Source: Zymomonas mobilis subsp. mobilis ATCC 10988
Lineage (GTDB): Bacteria; Pseudomonadota; Alphaproteobacteria; Sphingomonadales; Sphingomonadaceae
Assembly (NCBI RefSeq): GCF_000175255.2
Contig: NC_017262.1
Coordinates: 480,001 to 512,000, forward strand
Direction of reading: 5' to 3'
Length of the DNA stretch: 32,000 nt
In this document: in pieces, positions 8,181 through 16,665 of the stretch
Layout: each line of letters opens with the position of its first letter
Position numbering within the stretch: position 1 is the first letter of the stretch
Made by a program: the position numbers and the translations under genes
The notes under the pieces: model-generated
Database searches by the model: none
Told to the model about the DNA's origin: nothing
The model's input: the letters and a program-made list of their open reading frames with translations, nothing else

Positions 8181-10157
8181 TTACATCCCATAATGAACAA
8201 TCGGCTGATTGGCTTTTTTCAAATTGCGATAGCGCGCTAAAGCCCAAAGAGGAAAATATTTGGAATAACCGTGATACCGAAGATAAAAAACACGGGGGAA
8301 ACCACCGCCACTGTAATAATCTTCTTTCCACAACCCTTCTTCATCCTGATTTTGTGCCAACCAGTTTATACCCTTTGTCACGGCCTCGGAATTAGCTTCC
8401 CCAACAGCCATCAAGCCCAATAAAGCCCATGCTGTTTGGGAAGCCGTCGAATCCATCGGCTCATATCCGCTATAATCAAGGGCATAGCTATCGCAATTTT
8501 CACCCCAACCACCATCTTCATTTTGAATATTTTTCAGCCAAGCCACAGCTTTCTGAATAGCTAAATGATCATGGGGTAAAGCGGCCACATTCAATGCACA
8601 TAAGGCCGACCATGTGCCATATATGTAATTGACGCCCCAACGCCCGAACCAGCTACCATCCTCTTCTTGCTCTTTCAGAAGATAATCAACTGCCGCTTTC
8701 ATTTTGGGATCTGTAATCGAGATACCGGCTTGCGCCATCATTGAAACGCAGCGTGCCGAGACATCGACCGTTGGCGGATCAAGTAACGCGCCATGATCAG
8801 CAAAGGGAATATTATTCAGATAAGTATAGCTGTTATTGGCATCGAAAGCACCCCAACCGCCATTATCGCTTTGCATCCCAATGGTCCATTCCATGGCACG
8901 CGCTTTAGATTCCTCAAAATCATCGTGAAGATCCGACAATTTTGCGGCTCGATCCATCGCCATAGTCACAACAGCCGTATCATCGACATCGGGATAGTAG
9001 TCATTTCTATATTGAAAGGCCCATCCCCCGGGTCGGAGATCAGGCCGCCGCCATGCCCAATCGCCCTTTACATCCAAAATTTGTTGCGGCTTTAACCAGC
9101 TCAGGGCAGAAATAGCCGATTTTTCAGCCTCATCGCCTCCGACTTCCAACATGGCATGGGCAACCAAAGCCGTATCCCAAATCGGGGATAAACAAGGCTG
9201 ACAGTAGACTTCTTTATCACCCTGATCTTCCGTGCCATCTAACACCATCAATTTTTCGACAGCGCGACGAGCAATGGCTCTTTCTGGATGGTTTTCGGGA
9301 TATCCCAAGGCATCATACATCATGACGCTATTGGCAATCGCCGGATAAATAGCACCCAACCCGTCTTCACCATTCAACCGCTCGGTCACAAAATGAACAC
9401 AGCTATGAATAGCCTTCGCGCGCATATTTTTCGGCCAATAAGGTTCTACTTTATGCAATACCTTATCAAGTGCCGAAAAAAAACGACGCCATATAGGGTC
9501 ACCGCTTTCCTGAAGGGTCGGTAAAACATCCGGCACAAATAATTCATCAACCAAGATACCGCGCCGATTGCGGGCGACAGGCTTTAACGCCTGTAAAACC
9601 AATAACGGGACTAAAACGGTTCTTGCCCAATAGGCCATTTTATTGATGTGAACCGGAAACCATTCCGGCATCAACATCAACTCTACGGGCATTTGAGGGA
9701 CATGCTCCCATGACATTGCCCCGAACAGAGCTAATTGAATACGTGTAAAGACATTGGCACGCATCGCCCCACCCCGTGCCAAAATTTCATTTCTGGCTCG
9801 AAGCATATGAGGCGCATCAGGAGAATCTCCGATCATTTTCAAGGCAAAATAGGCTTTGACCGTGGCGCTCAAATCAAGATCACCACCATAAAACAAAGAC
9901 CATCCGCCATGCTCGCCCTGAATACGACGCAAATAGCGACCTATCTTGGCCTCTATTTCTAAATCTTCGGGTTCACCCAAATAATGCTTTAACAGGATGT
10001 ATTCAGCGGGAATGGTTGCATCGGCTTCCAATTCAAAAACCCAATGGCCATCCTGATGCTGCTTCTCAAGCAAGGCACGGGTGGCCTTTTGGATAATCGG
10101 CTCAACATCATCAGACAACGAGCTATGATGAAAAGCCGAGGAAGTCGATACAGTCAT
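8181..10157 (-). CDS. shc: Squalene-hopene cyclase
   Basis: 658 aa with the catalytic DVDDTAVV (DxDD) motif and repeated QW motifs (for example QxxDGGWG, QNEDGGWGE). The sequence matches my memory of Zymomonas mobilis SHC. Confidence 0.97.
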   Translation of the reverse strand: MTVSTSSAFHHSSLSDDVEPIIQKATRALLEKQHQDGHWVFELEADATIPAEYILLKHYLGEPEDLEIEAKIGRYLRRIQGEHGGWSLFYGGDLDLSATVKAYFALKMIGDSPDAPHMLRARNEILARGGAMRANVFTRIQLALFGAMSWEHVPQMPVELMLMPEWFPVHINKMAYWARTVLVPLLVLQALKPVARNRRGILVDELFVPDVLPTLQESGDPIWRRFFSALDKVLHKVEPYWPKNMRAKAIHSCVHFVTERLNGEDGLGAIYPAIANSVMMYDALGYPENHPERAIARRAVEKLMVLDGTEDQGDKEVYCQPCLSPIWDTALVAHAMLEVGGDEAEKSAISALSWLKPQQILDVKGDWAWRRPDLRPGGWAFQYRNDYYPDVDDTAVVTMAMDRAAKLSDLHDDFEESKARAMEWTIGMQSDNGGWGAFDANNSYTYLNNIPFADHGALLDPPTVDVSARCVSMMAQAGISITDPKMKAAVDYLLKEQEEDGSWFGRWGVNYIYGTWSALCALNVAALPHDHLAIQKAVAWLKNIQNEDGGWGENCDSYALDYSGYEPMDSTASQTAWALLGLMAVGEANSEAVTKGINWLAQNQDEEGLWKEDYYSGGGFPRVFYLRYHGYSKYFPLWALARYRNLKKANQPIVHYGM

Positions 10158-10171
10158 TATGGGCTTTCTAA

Positions 10172-11416
10172 TTATGAATGGGATAAAGCGAGATCAGCCG
10201 CAGTTTGGCCGGATCGTATAGCGCTTTCAATAGTCGCAGGCAGGCCTGTTCTCACCCAATTTCCGGCTAAAAACAGGTTATTCCACGCTGTAACCGCCGG
10301 TGGACGGCGATTATTCTGCTCGACAGTCGCTTCAAAAGTGGCTCTTTTCTCAGTCACGACCTGCCATTCAGGCATATCCTGTTTGAAAGCATAAACGGTC
10401 TGAATATCATCCCAGATACGCTTAACCAGTTCTTCTTTTTCAAGCGCCAATAAATGATTAGCGGCGCTGATCGTAACCGATATCCGATTTTCAAAAGTGA
10501 AAATCCAATCAGCAGTTCCTCCGACAACACCCATAATATGAGGCATAGCGGCAGTAGGCTTCATCAGGAAATGAGCGTTGATAATCGCCTGATATTTATC
10601 CGGCGTTTCGATATCTGGTATCAAGGATTGAACGACCCAAGCAGGCAAAGCGATAATCACTTTATCGCCTTTTCCCAGCTTTACATCCTGATGAGCAAAT
10701 TCCAGAGAGGCGACATTCTGACCTGAAAAATGGATTTGACGCAGGCGGTTACGGAAATCAACTTCGACCCCTCTCGCTTTTAAATAGTCAAGCGCAGGGT
10801 CAATAAAACTGCTTGCCAAATTGGGATAAGCGATACGGGGGATACAGGCATTACCCCCTTTCATCAAAGTTTCCCGAATAACCGCTGCCGCCAGACAGGC
10901 AGCCCCTTCTCTTGCCGGTGTATTGAGAACCGATACAAAAAAAGGATCAAGCAATTTACGCCATAAAGCCGTATTATCTGGAACAAGATCACCTATTTTT
11001 GTATTATGATCTGCCAATAACAGCGACAATAATGCTAAATAATCCTTGGCTTTGCTATGAGGGACGCGGCTTTTGGCGCATAAAACCCACCAAGGTAAAG
11101 GGCCATTACTTAACTTAATGGTAAAGCGTTCTTTGTCGCTTAGATCACAAAAAGAAAAGGCGGCCTCTTTTGGGCTTTTAAAACGATGCTCTGCCCCTAT
11201 TCTTTTCAAATAGGTCTTGGCAGAATGATTGCCTGACAGCAGCATATGATTGCCATTGTCAATTTCAATCCCCAGCTTTTTATCATGATAGGAACGCGCC
11301 CGTCCCCCAGCCATGGCCGAGGCTTCATAAATTTTGACGCGTCCTCCGGCATGGGTAATCGCTACCGCGGCAGATAATCCAGCCAGCCCCGCCCCGATAA
11401 TATGCGTTACACTCAT
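10172..11416 (-). CDS. hpnE: Hydroxysqualene dehydroxylase HpnE (FAD-dependent amine-oxidase family)
   Basis: The Rossmann motif IIGAGLAGLSAA follows directly after the ATG at 11416. That ATG overlaps the hpnD stop as ATGA (11413-11416). The ORF-track start at 11446 adds 10 residues and is less likely. Confidence 0.85.
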   Translation of the reverse strand: MSVTHIIGAGLAGLSAAVAITHAGGRVKIYEASAMAGGRARSYHDKKLGIEIDNGNHMLLSGNHSAKTYLKRIGAEHRFKSPKEAAFSFCDLSDKERFTIKLSNGPLPWWVLCAKSRVPHSKAKDYLALLSLLLADHNTKIGDLVPDNTALWRKLLDPFFVSVLNTPAREGAACLAAAVIRETLMKGGNACIPRIAYPNLASSFIDPALDYLKARGVEVDFRNRLRQIHFSGQNVASLEFAHQDVKLGKGDKVIIALPAWVVQSLIPDIETPDKYQAIINAHFLMKPTAAMPHIMGVVGGTADWIFTFENRISVTISAANHLLALEKEELVKRIWDDIQTVYAFKQDMPEWQVVTEKRATFEATVEQNNRRPPAVTAWNNLFLAGNWVRTGLPATIESAIRSGQTAADLALSHS

Positions 11417-12288
11417 GAAGTCACCTTCAATCTGAGCAAAGTCCATAACAGGGCAAGTTTGTTATGTTTGACTTTCTTCCGAGGATTTTTCCACCCTTGC
11501 GCCAACATTTTACGCAATAAAGCAGAATAGGCTGCGGCCATCAAACGAGGCGCGATCAAATAGCCTTTGGGGCGATTATGGATAATATGATCAGAAGCCG
11601 CATAATGCCCTTCGGCCTGCCAAGCGAGATCACGGCAAACCTTGTCGAGACGTGGATCAGCCAAGGCTTTTTCAATATCCAGTGGAATACCGGCTTTTTC
11701 AAGCGGTTCCCGGGGCAGATAACAACGCCCGATTTCGGCATCTTCGTCAATATCACGCAAGATATTGGTTAATTGTAACGCTCGGCCAAGATGGTAAGCT
11801 AAAGATTCCCCTATATTGGGATCCATGCCAAAAACATAGACAGACAGCCGCCCGACAGCCGAAGCAACGCGATCACAATAAAGATCAAGGGTTGCTTCAT
11901 CAGGAAAAACGATAGGCCCTTTCAAATCCATGGCCATACCGTCAATAACGGCAATAAAATCTTCTTGTCTCAAATGGAAACGGGCAACCGGTTCTTTCAG
12001 AAAAGCGGCCTGTCCACAGGGCTCACCAGCGTAAAGGGCATTGATATCATGCCGCCATGCGTCAAGCGCTTGCTTTCTTTCCTCTTGGCTGCCTTCCAGA
12101 TCATCGGCAATGTCATCCACTTGGCGACAGAAGTTGTAAATAGCATACATCGCTTCCCGCTCGGCTGGCGGCAAAACCCGCATACCGATATAGAAGCTGC
12201 TGCTTTTTGCACCGCTGACCGAAGCTTGGCTATCCGATGATTTTTCGGAAAAAGCCTCTGGCTGAATCTTTTTCATGGCCGAAGTCAT
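11413..12288 (-). CDS. hpnD: Presqualene diphosphate synthase HpnD (squalene/phytoene synthase family)
   Basis: SSFYIGMRVLP, the YNFCRQVDDIADD and NILRDIDEDA Asp-rich motifs, and its position between hpnC and hpnE. Confidence 0.88.
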   Translation of the reverse strand: MTSAMKKIQPEAFSEKSSDSQASVSGAKSSSFYIGMRVLPPAEREAMYAIYNFCRQVDDIADDLEGSQEERKQALDAWRHDINALYAGEPCGQAAFLKEPVARFHLRQEDFIAVIDGMAMDLKGPIVFPDEATLDLYCDRVASAVGRLSVYVFGMDPNIGESLAYHLGRALQLTNILRDIDEDAEIGRCYLPREPLEKAGIPLDIEKALADPRLDKVCRDLAWQAEGHYAASDHIIHNRPKGYLIAPRLMAAAYSALLRKMLAQGWKNPRKKVKHNKLALLWTLLRLKVTS

Positions 12289-13148
12289 TAAGAAAATAAT
12301 CTCCCTGCGGCGGCGACAAAGGCCAGTCCCAAAGTTTCAGCTTTATTATGGTGAACCCGTTCGGATAACGGATCATGCTTAGTTAAACATTCGGTCAGGC
12401 TTTCCGCCAAGCGTTGGATAACCGCGACTTCAACCCCCAACCGCTTGTCGTGAATAGCGGCAGAAAAACCAGAAGACCGTTTCAAAAGAGATTTTGTTTT
12501 CAAGGCAGCGGTCTCAATAGCCTGACGTAAAGGCAATGAGGCATGGAAACGGCCTAAATCTCCAGCGGTAGCACCCACCGCTTCCATAATATCGCTTGGG
12601 ATATAAATACGGTTCATCATGCGATAATCTTTACCGCAATCCTGAAGATGATTGATGACCTGTAAAGCCGTGCATAAAGCATCATTCATCGGCCAAAGGT
12701 TACGGGATTCCTTATGGACATCCAAAACAAAGCGCCCAACAGGAGAAGCCGAATAACGGCAATAATCCATCAAAGCGTCCCAATTTTCGTAACGATTGAC
12801 GGATACATCACGCCGGAAGGCTTCCAACAGATCAAGACCATGAACAATCGTATGATCGAGACCATGAGTTATCAAAGTCTGGCGCAAGACAACGGCATTA
12901 GGCTCGCTCTGGCTTTCGCCTGTCAAACTGCTGCGCATATCCTCAAGGATAGCCAAGCGGTCTTTTTTGCTTGCGATCACATTATCAGCGACATCATCAG
13001 CTTGGCGGGCAAACTGATAGAATGCCATAATAATAGGCCGATATTCGGGATTGATCAGAAAAGAAGCCACCGGAAAATTTTCATCCTGATGTCCTTTTCC
13101 AGAAACCAAAGCGGCTGCATTTAGCTTGTTTTTTGTTTTAATACTCAC
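12288..13148 (-). CDS. hpnC: Hydroxysqualene synthase HpnC (squalene/phytoene synthase family)
   Basis: DENFPVASFLI, YQFARQADDVADN and LQDCGKD motifs. The GTG at 13148 overlaps the hpnB stop as GTGA (13145-13148). The ORF is also open to a GTG at 13181. The stop overlaps the hpnD start as TAATG. Confidence 0.85.
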   Translation of the reverse strand: MSIKTKNKLNAAALVSGKGHQDENFPVASFLINPEYRPIIMAFYQFARQADDVADNVIASKKDRLAILEDMRSSLTGESQSEPNAVVLRQTLITHGLDHTIVHGLDLLEAFRRDVSVNRYENWDALMDYCRYSASPVGRFVLDVHKESRNLWPMNDALCTALQVINHLQDCGKDYRMMNRIYIPSDIMEAVGATAGDLGRFHASLPLRQAIETAALKTKSLLKRSSGFSAAIHDKRLGVEVAVIQRLAESLTECLTKHDPLSERVHHNKAETLGLAFVAAAGRLFS

Positions 13149-14284
13149 AGACCTATACGTGCTTGCGCACGCCCCTTCCACATACCGCCTCGCCCTTGCC
13201 AGACATGCACGGCAGAAAAAAATGTCGCACAGCTATAAAAGGCCGCAATTAAGGGAAGCGCTAAACCCCAAAGAGGAGAGCGGTGATAAAAATGTAATAT
13301 TGGTTGAAAGGCTAATGCCATCATCATCCATCCAGCCAGACCAATCCAAGCCGATACACCATGGGTCAGCAAAGCCAAAGCAGGCGGTACCAGATAAACA
13401 AGGCACATCCCGAATAATGTCAATGCCAACAACCAGAAAGAATATCGTAATTGAGCATAAGCTGAACGGGAAATCATGTGGCCAATTTCCTGAAACCCTA
13501 AATAGGGTCGGATACTCAGTGAACGATTTGTTAGAGAAAGCCGAATTTTTCCTTGCTTTTTCATGATGCCGCCAAGACTGCAATCATCAATAATAGCATG
13601 ACGGATAGCCCCTATCCCACCTGCTTTCTCAAGACTGGCACGATCGGCTAACATGCATCCACCGGCAGCACCGGCCGTTTTATGCTTGGGATTATTGATA
13701 TGCCGAAAAGGATACAACATCTGGAAGAAAAAGACGAAGGCCGGAATAAGCGCCCATTCTGCAAAATTGTTACAACTTAGTCGCGCCATCAGGGAATGAA
13801 AAATCAATCCGTCTTTTTCGGCATGAGCAACCAACATTTTCAAGGTATCATCCTGATGCGCGATATCGGCATCGGTTAGCCATAACCATTTTACCTGTCC
13901 GGCGGCCTTAATACCCTGATCTAAGGCCCATAATTTACCAGCCCAACCTTTAGGCAGAGCTGATCCATTCACAATCGTCAATTTACCCTCAGGATAAGTC
14001 CCCGCAATACGTTTGGCGATTTCTGCGGTTCTATCCTCGGAATTATCATCAACAAGGATAACTTTAAAATTACCGGGGTAATCCTGCCGTAATAATGAAT
14101 CTATTGCTTTATCAATAACATCGGCCTCATTGCGGGCAGGCACAATTGCCACGACATCCGGCCATATTTCCAAAGACGGAACGGGACGATCATCCCGTTC
14201 ATGACATAACCAAAAGCCACCATGAAAGAACAGAAGACCAATCCAAATACTAAGGGAGGTTAATCCTAGAATGGTGGCGATCAT
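13145..14284 (-). CDS. hpnB: Hopanoid-associated family-2 glycosyltransferase HpnB
   Basis: N-terminal TM helix, then VAIVPARNEADVI, VDDNSEDRT and LTDADI GT2 motifs, plus C-terminal TM helices. The ATG at 14284 overlaps the hpnA stop as TGATG. The ORF-track start at 14311 would overlap hpnA by 28 nt. Confidence 0.85.
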   Translation of the reverse strand: MIATILGLTSLSIWIGLLFFHGGFWLCHERDDRPVPSLEIWPDVVAIVPARNEADVIDKAIDSLLRQDYPGNFKVILVDDNSEDRTAEIAKRIAGTYPEGKLTIVNGSALPKGWAGKLWALDQGIKAAGQVKWLWLTDADIAHQDDTLKMLVAHAEKDGLIFHSLMARLSCNNFAEWALIPAFVFFFQMLYPFRHINNPKHKTAGAAGGCMLADRASLEKAGGIGAIRHAIIDDCSLGGIMKKQGKIRLSLTNRSLSIRPYLGFQEIGHMISRSAYAQLRYSFWLLALTLFGMCLVYLVPPALALLTHGVSAWIGLAGWMMMALAFQPILHFYHRSPLWGLALPLIAAFYSCATFFSAVHVWQGRGGMWKGRAQARIGL

Positions 14285-15297
14285 CACAACATACCTTCTG
14301 CCCGAAACCATTCGATGGCATCAGAAATGGCATGTTGCCATGGACGAGATTTGTAACCCAAATCGCGTTTGGCTTTCTCCGACGAAAAATACATATGATA
14401 GCCAGCCATGCGCAAGGCATCGCTAGTAATGAAAGGTTCTTTTTTCGTTATCTTGGCAAAGGCTTCTGCGCCCCATGCCAATGGAAAGAGCGGCCATCTT
14501 GGCAAAGCGACTTTTGGTGGCTTCCGACCTACCTGTCGCGCGATTTCAGCCAACATGATACTTAAAGGCACATCGGCTCCGCCTAAAATATACCTTTCAC
14601 CGATAACGCCTTTTTCAAGGGCTTTAACATGCCCATCTGCTACGTCATCCACATGAGCAAGATTAAGCCCTGTATTGACATAGGCAGGCATTTTTCCGGT
14701 AGCCGCTTCGATAATAATGCGTCCGGTAGGCGTAGGCTTAACATCCCTTGGGCCAATAGGCGTTGAAGGATTAACAATAACCGCAGGCAAGCCCTGCTCT
14801 GCTATCATCTTTTCAACCAGACGTTCGGCTTCAACCTTGGAACGTTTATAGGCACCAATAGCATTTTCCGGCGTTAGCGGAGAATTCTCATCGCTGGGTT
14901 TACCATGTCCCGGTGCCAAAGTAGCGACACTACTGGTATAGATCACGCGCTCGATACCCAGATAAAGCGCCGCTGTCATGATCGCTTGGGTATGCAAACG
15001 GTTATGACGAATAATTTCGTTAGGATCGGCGGCCCATAAACGATAATCAGCTGCTACATGGATCAGCGCGCCACAGCCTGAAAGGGGTTCTCTTAAAGAA
15101 GGCGGATCATCCAGATCACCAAAAACAATCTCGCCGGGAAAGTCACGGATATTGGTTTTCGGGCTGGTCGCACGTACCATGCCTCGCACTTTATAGCCCT
15201 GCTGCGCTAATGAACGCGCAACCGCAGAACCCACAAATCCAGAAACTCCAGTAACTAATACAGGCTTCTCTTTGTTCACCTGATTATGATCTTGCAC
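14284..15297 (-). CDS. hpnA: Hopanoid-associated NAD-dependent sugar epimerase/dehydratase HpnA
   Basis: The Rossmann motif VTGVSGFVGS and YxxxK (YKRSK) are present, and this is the first gene of the hpnA-shc operon. The ORF is open to a TTG at 15321. The GTG at 15297 has AAGGGG 6 nt upstream, so I prefer it. Confidence 0.85.
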   Translation of the reverse strand: MQDHNQVNKEKPVLVTGVSGFVGSAVARSLAQQGYKVRGMVRATSPKTNIRDFPGEIVFGDLDDPPSLREPLSGCGALIHVAADYRLWAADPNEIIRHNRLHTQAIMTAALYLGIERVIYTSSVATLAPGHGKPSDENSPLTPENAIGAYKRSKVEAERLVEKMIAEQGLPAVIVNPSTPIGPRDVKPTPTGRIIIEAATGKMPAYVNTGLNLAHVDDVADGHVKALEKGVIGERYILGGADVPLSIMLAEIARQVGRKPPKVALPRWPLFPLAWGAEAFAKITKKEPFITSDALRMAGYHMYFSSEKAKRDLGYKSRPWQHAISDAIEWFRAEGML

Positions 15298-15483
15298 GAT
15301 AGACCCCTTATACGCCTCCAATAAGCGGAAATAACGGCACTATACTCAATTGATCTCAATTACCAGAAAGACAGGGTCGTTAAGCCCTTTTAAGCATATA
15401 ATGGCCGGATAGTATTGTCCGGTAAAGCCAAGGTGCTTTTATCACAACCGGAATAAATAAGAGTGCGGCGTAGTTATTCCGAC

Positions 15484-15538
15484 TGTGATAAATTTGGCAC
15501 TATTGTCACAGTATGTGACATTTTGTCGATTGGTGACA
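15484..15538. promoter_or_regulatory. Cluster of four TGTGAYA-type half-sites including palindrome TGTCACA-GTA-TGTGACA, upstream of the hpnA operon
   Basis: TGTGATA at 15484-15490, TGTCACA at 15504-15510, TGTGACA at 15514-15520 and GGTGACA at 15532-15538. The central pair is a perfect inverted repeat. The cluster lies in the 254-bp gap between the CDF stop and the hpnA start. Confidence 0.35.
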
Positions 15539-15575
15539 ATAAAGAAAATTATATTTTTATATCAAGAAGTTATCC

Positions 15576-16550
15576 TCAACATATAATTTCATTATCGCAG
15601 CCATCATGCTCTATTTGTAAGGTTACATGACCGATATCGAATTCTTTTTTCATAATATCGGCAACAGATCCAATAAAGGCATCATTATTTTGAATTTTGG
15701 AGCGCACAATATGGGCTGTCATCGCAGTCTCGCTGGTGCTTACCGGCCAGATATGAACATGATGCACATTGATAACATCCGGTAGTTGATCCAGCCGAGT
15801 AACCACTGCACTGACATCAATAGACGGCGGCACAGCGTTTAGAGCCATCGCAAAAGAGCGTTTAATAAGGCTCCAACTACTCCATAACAAAACGACCACA
15901 ATGGCAAGGCTAAGACTTGGATCAATCCAATGCCAGCCTGTCATTTTGATAATAAACCCTGACAAGACAACGACAGCTGAAACCAACGCATCCAGCAACA
16001 TATGAAGAAAGGCTGCATGACGGTTTAATTCTTCATGGCCATCTTTGAATAACAAAGCCGTGGCAAAATTGATGATAATACCGATACCGGCAATAATCAT
16101 GATAGTGCCACCCGGAACATCGACCGGCTCTGAAAAACGCCGTATCGCCTCCCATCCAATGGCGCCACAAGCAATAACCAAAAAGAGAGCGTTAAAAAGC
16201 GCAGCCAAAATAGATGATGACCGATAACCATAGGTGAAGCGTGATGTTGGCTTTGACCTTTCGGCAATAAAGGCCGCCAAAGATAAGGCTAATCCCAAAA
16301 CATCGGAAAGGTTATGTCCGGCATCCGCAATCAGGGACAAAGAACCCGAAGTAATGCCATAGCCTATTTCAACCAGAATAAAGGCTAAGTTGATAGCAAT
16401 ACCTATCCCGAAACCGCGACTATTACTGGCATTGATCTCATGAACATGGGAATGTCCATGATGATGGTCATGATGCGCATGACTATGGTTATGGTTATGA
16501 TTATGGTCATGATCATGACCCATTTCTGTATTTTTTATTTCGCTTGCCAT
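15576..16550 (-). CDS. Cation diffusion facilitator (CzcD/ZitB-like Zn/Co/Cd efflux protein) with His-rich N-terminus
   Basis: The N-terminus is GHDHDHNHNHNHSHAHHDHHHGHSHVHE. It has six TM helices, with the CDF signature LIADAGHNLSDV in TM2 and HMLLDA in TM5, followed by a C-terminal cytoplasmic domain. Confidence 0.9.
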   Translation of the reverse strand: MASEIKNTEMGHDHDHNHNHNHSHAHHDHHHGHSHVHEINASNSRGFGIGIAINLAFILVEIGYGITSGSLSLIADAGHNLSDVLGLALSLAAFIAERSKPTSRFTYGYRSSSILAALFNALFLVIACGAIGWEAIRRFSEPVDVPGGTIMIIAGIGIIINFATALLFKDGHEELNRHAAFLHMLLDALVSAVVVLSGFIIKMTGWHWIDPSLSLAIVVVLLWSSWSLIKRSFAMALNAVPPSIDVSAVVTRLDQLPDVINVHHVHIWPVSTSETAMTAHIVRSKIQNNDAFIGSVADIMKKEFDIGHVTLQIEHDGCDNEIIC

Positions 16551-16562
16551 AAAGTCTCATTT

Positions 16563-16586
16563 CTTTTGTAGCTATCACTACAAAAG
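16563..16586. promoter_or_regulatory. Perfect inverted repeat CTTTTGTAG-N6-CTACAAAAG immediately upstream of the CDF gene (candidate metal-regulator operator or 5'-UTR hairpin)
   Basis: Arms at 16563-16571 and 16578-16586. The repeat sits 13-36 nt upstream of the ATG at 16550 on the minus strand, and a TATAAC/TTATAA -10-like sequence lies just beyond it. Confidence 0.4.
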
Positions 16587-16665
16587 TTATAATATCACAT
16601 TACATAATTATATATTTAACTTTATGCGTTTTATTTTAATTTCAGATTATATCAACTTCATTTTA

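Noticed and set aside
15496-15510. TGGCAC-tattg-TCAC resembling the -24 element of a sigma-54 promoter
   Set aside because: The -12 element TTGC is absent at the required spacing. The site points on the plus strand toward the 3' end of the CDF gene, with nothing to transcribe.
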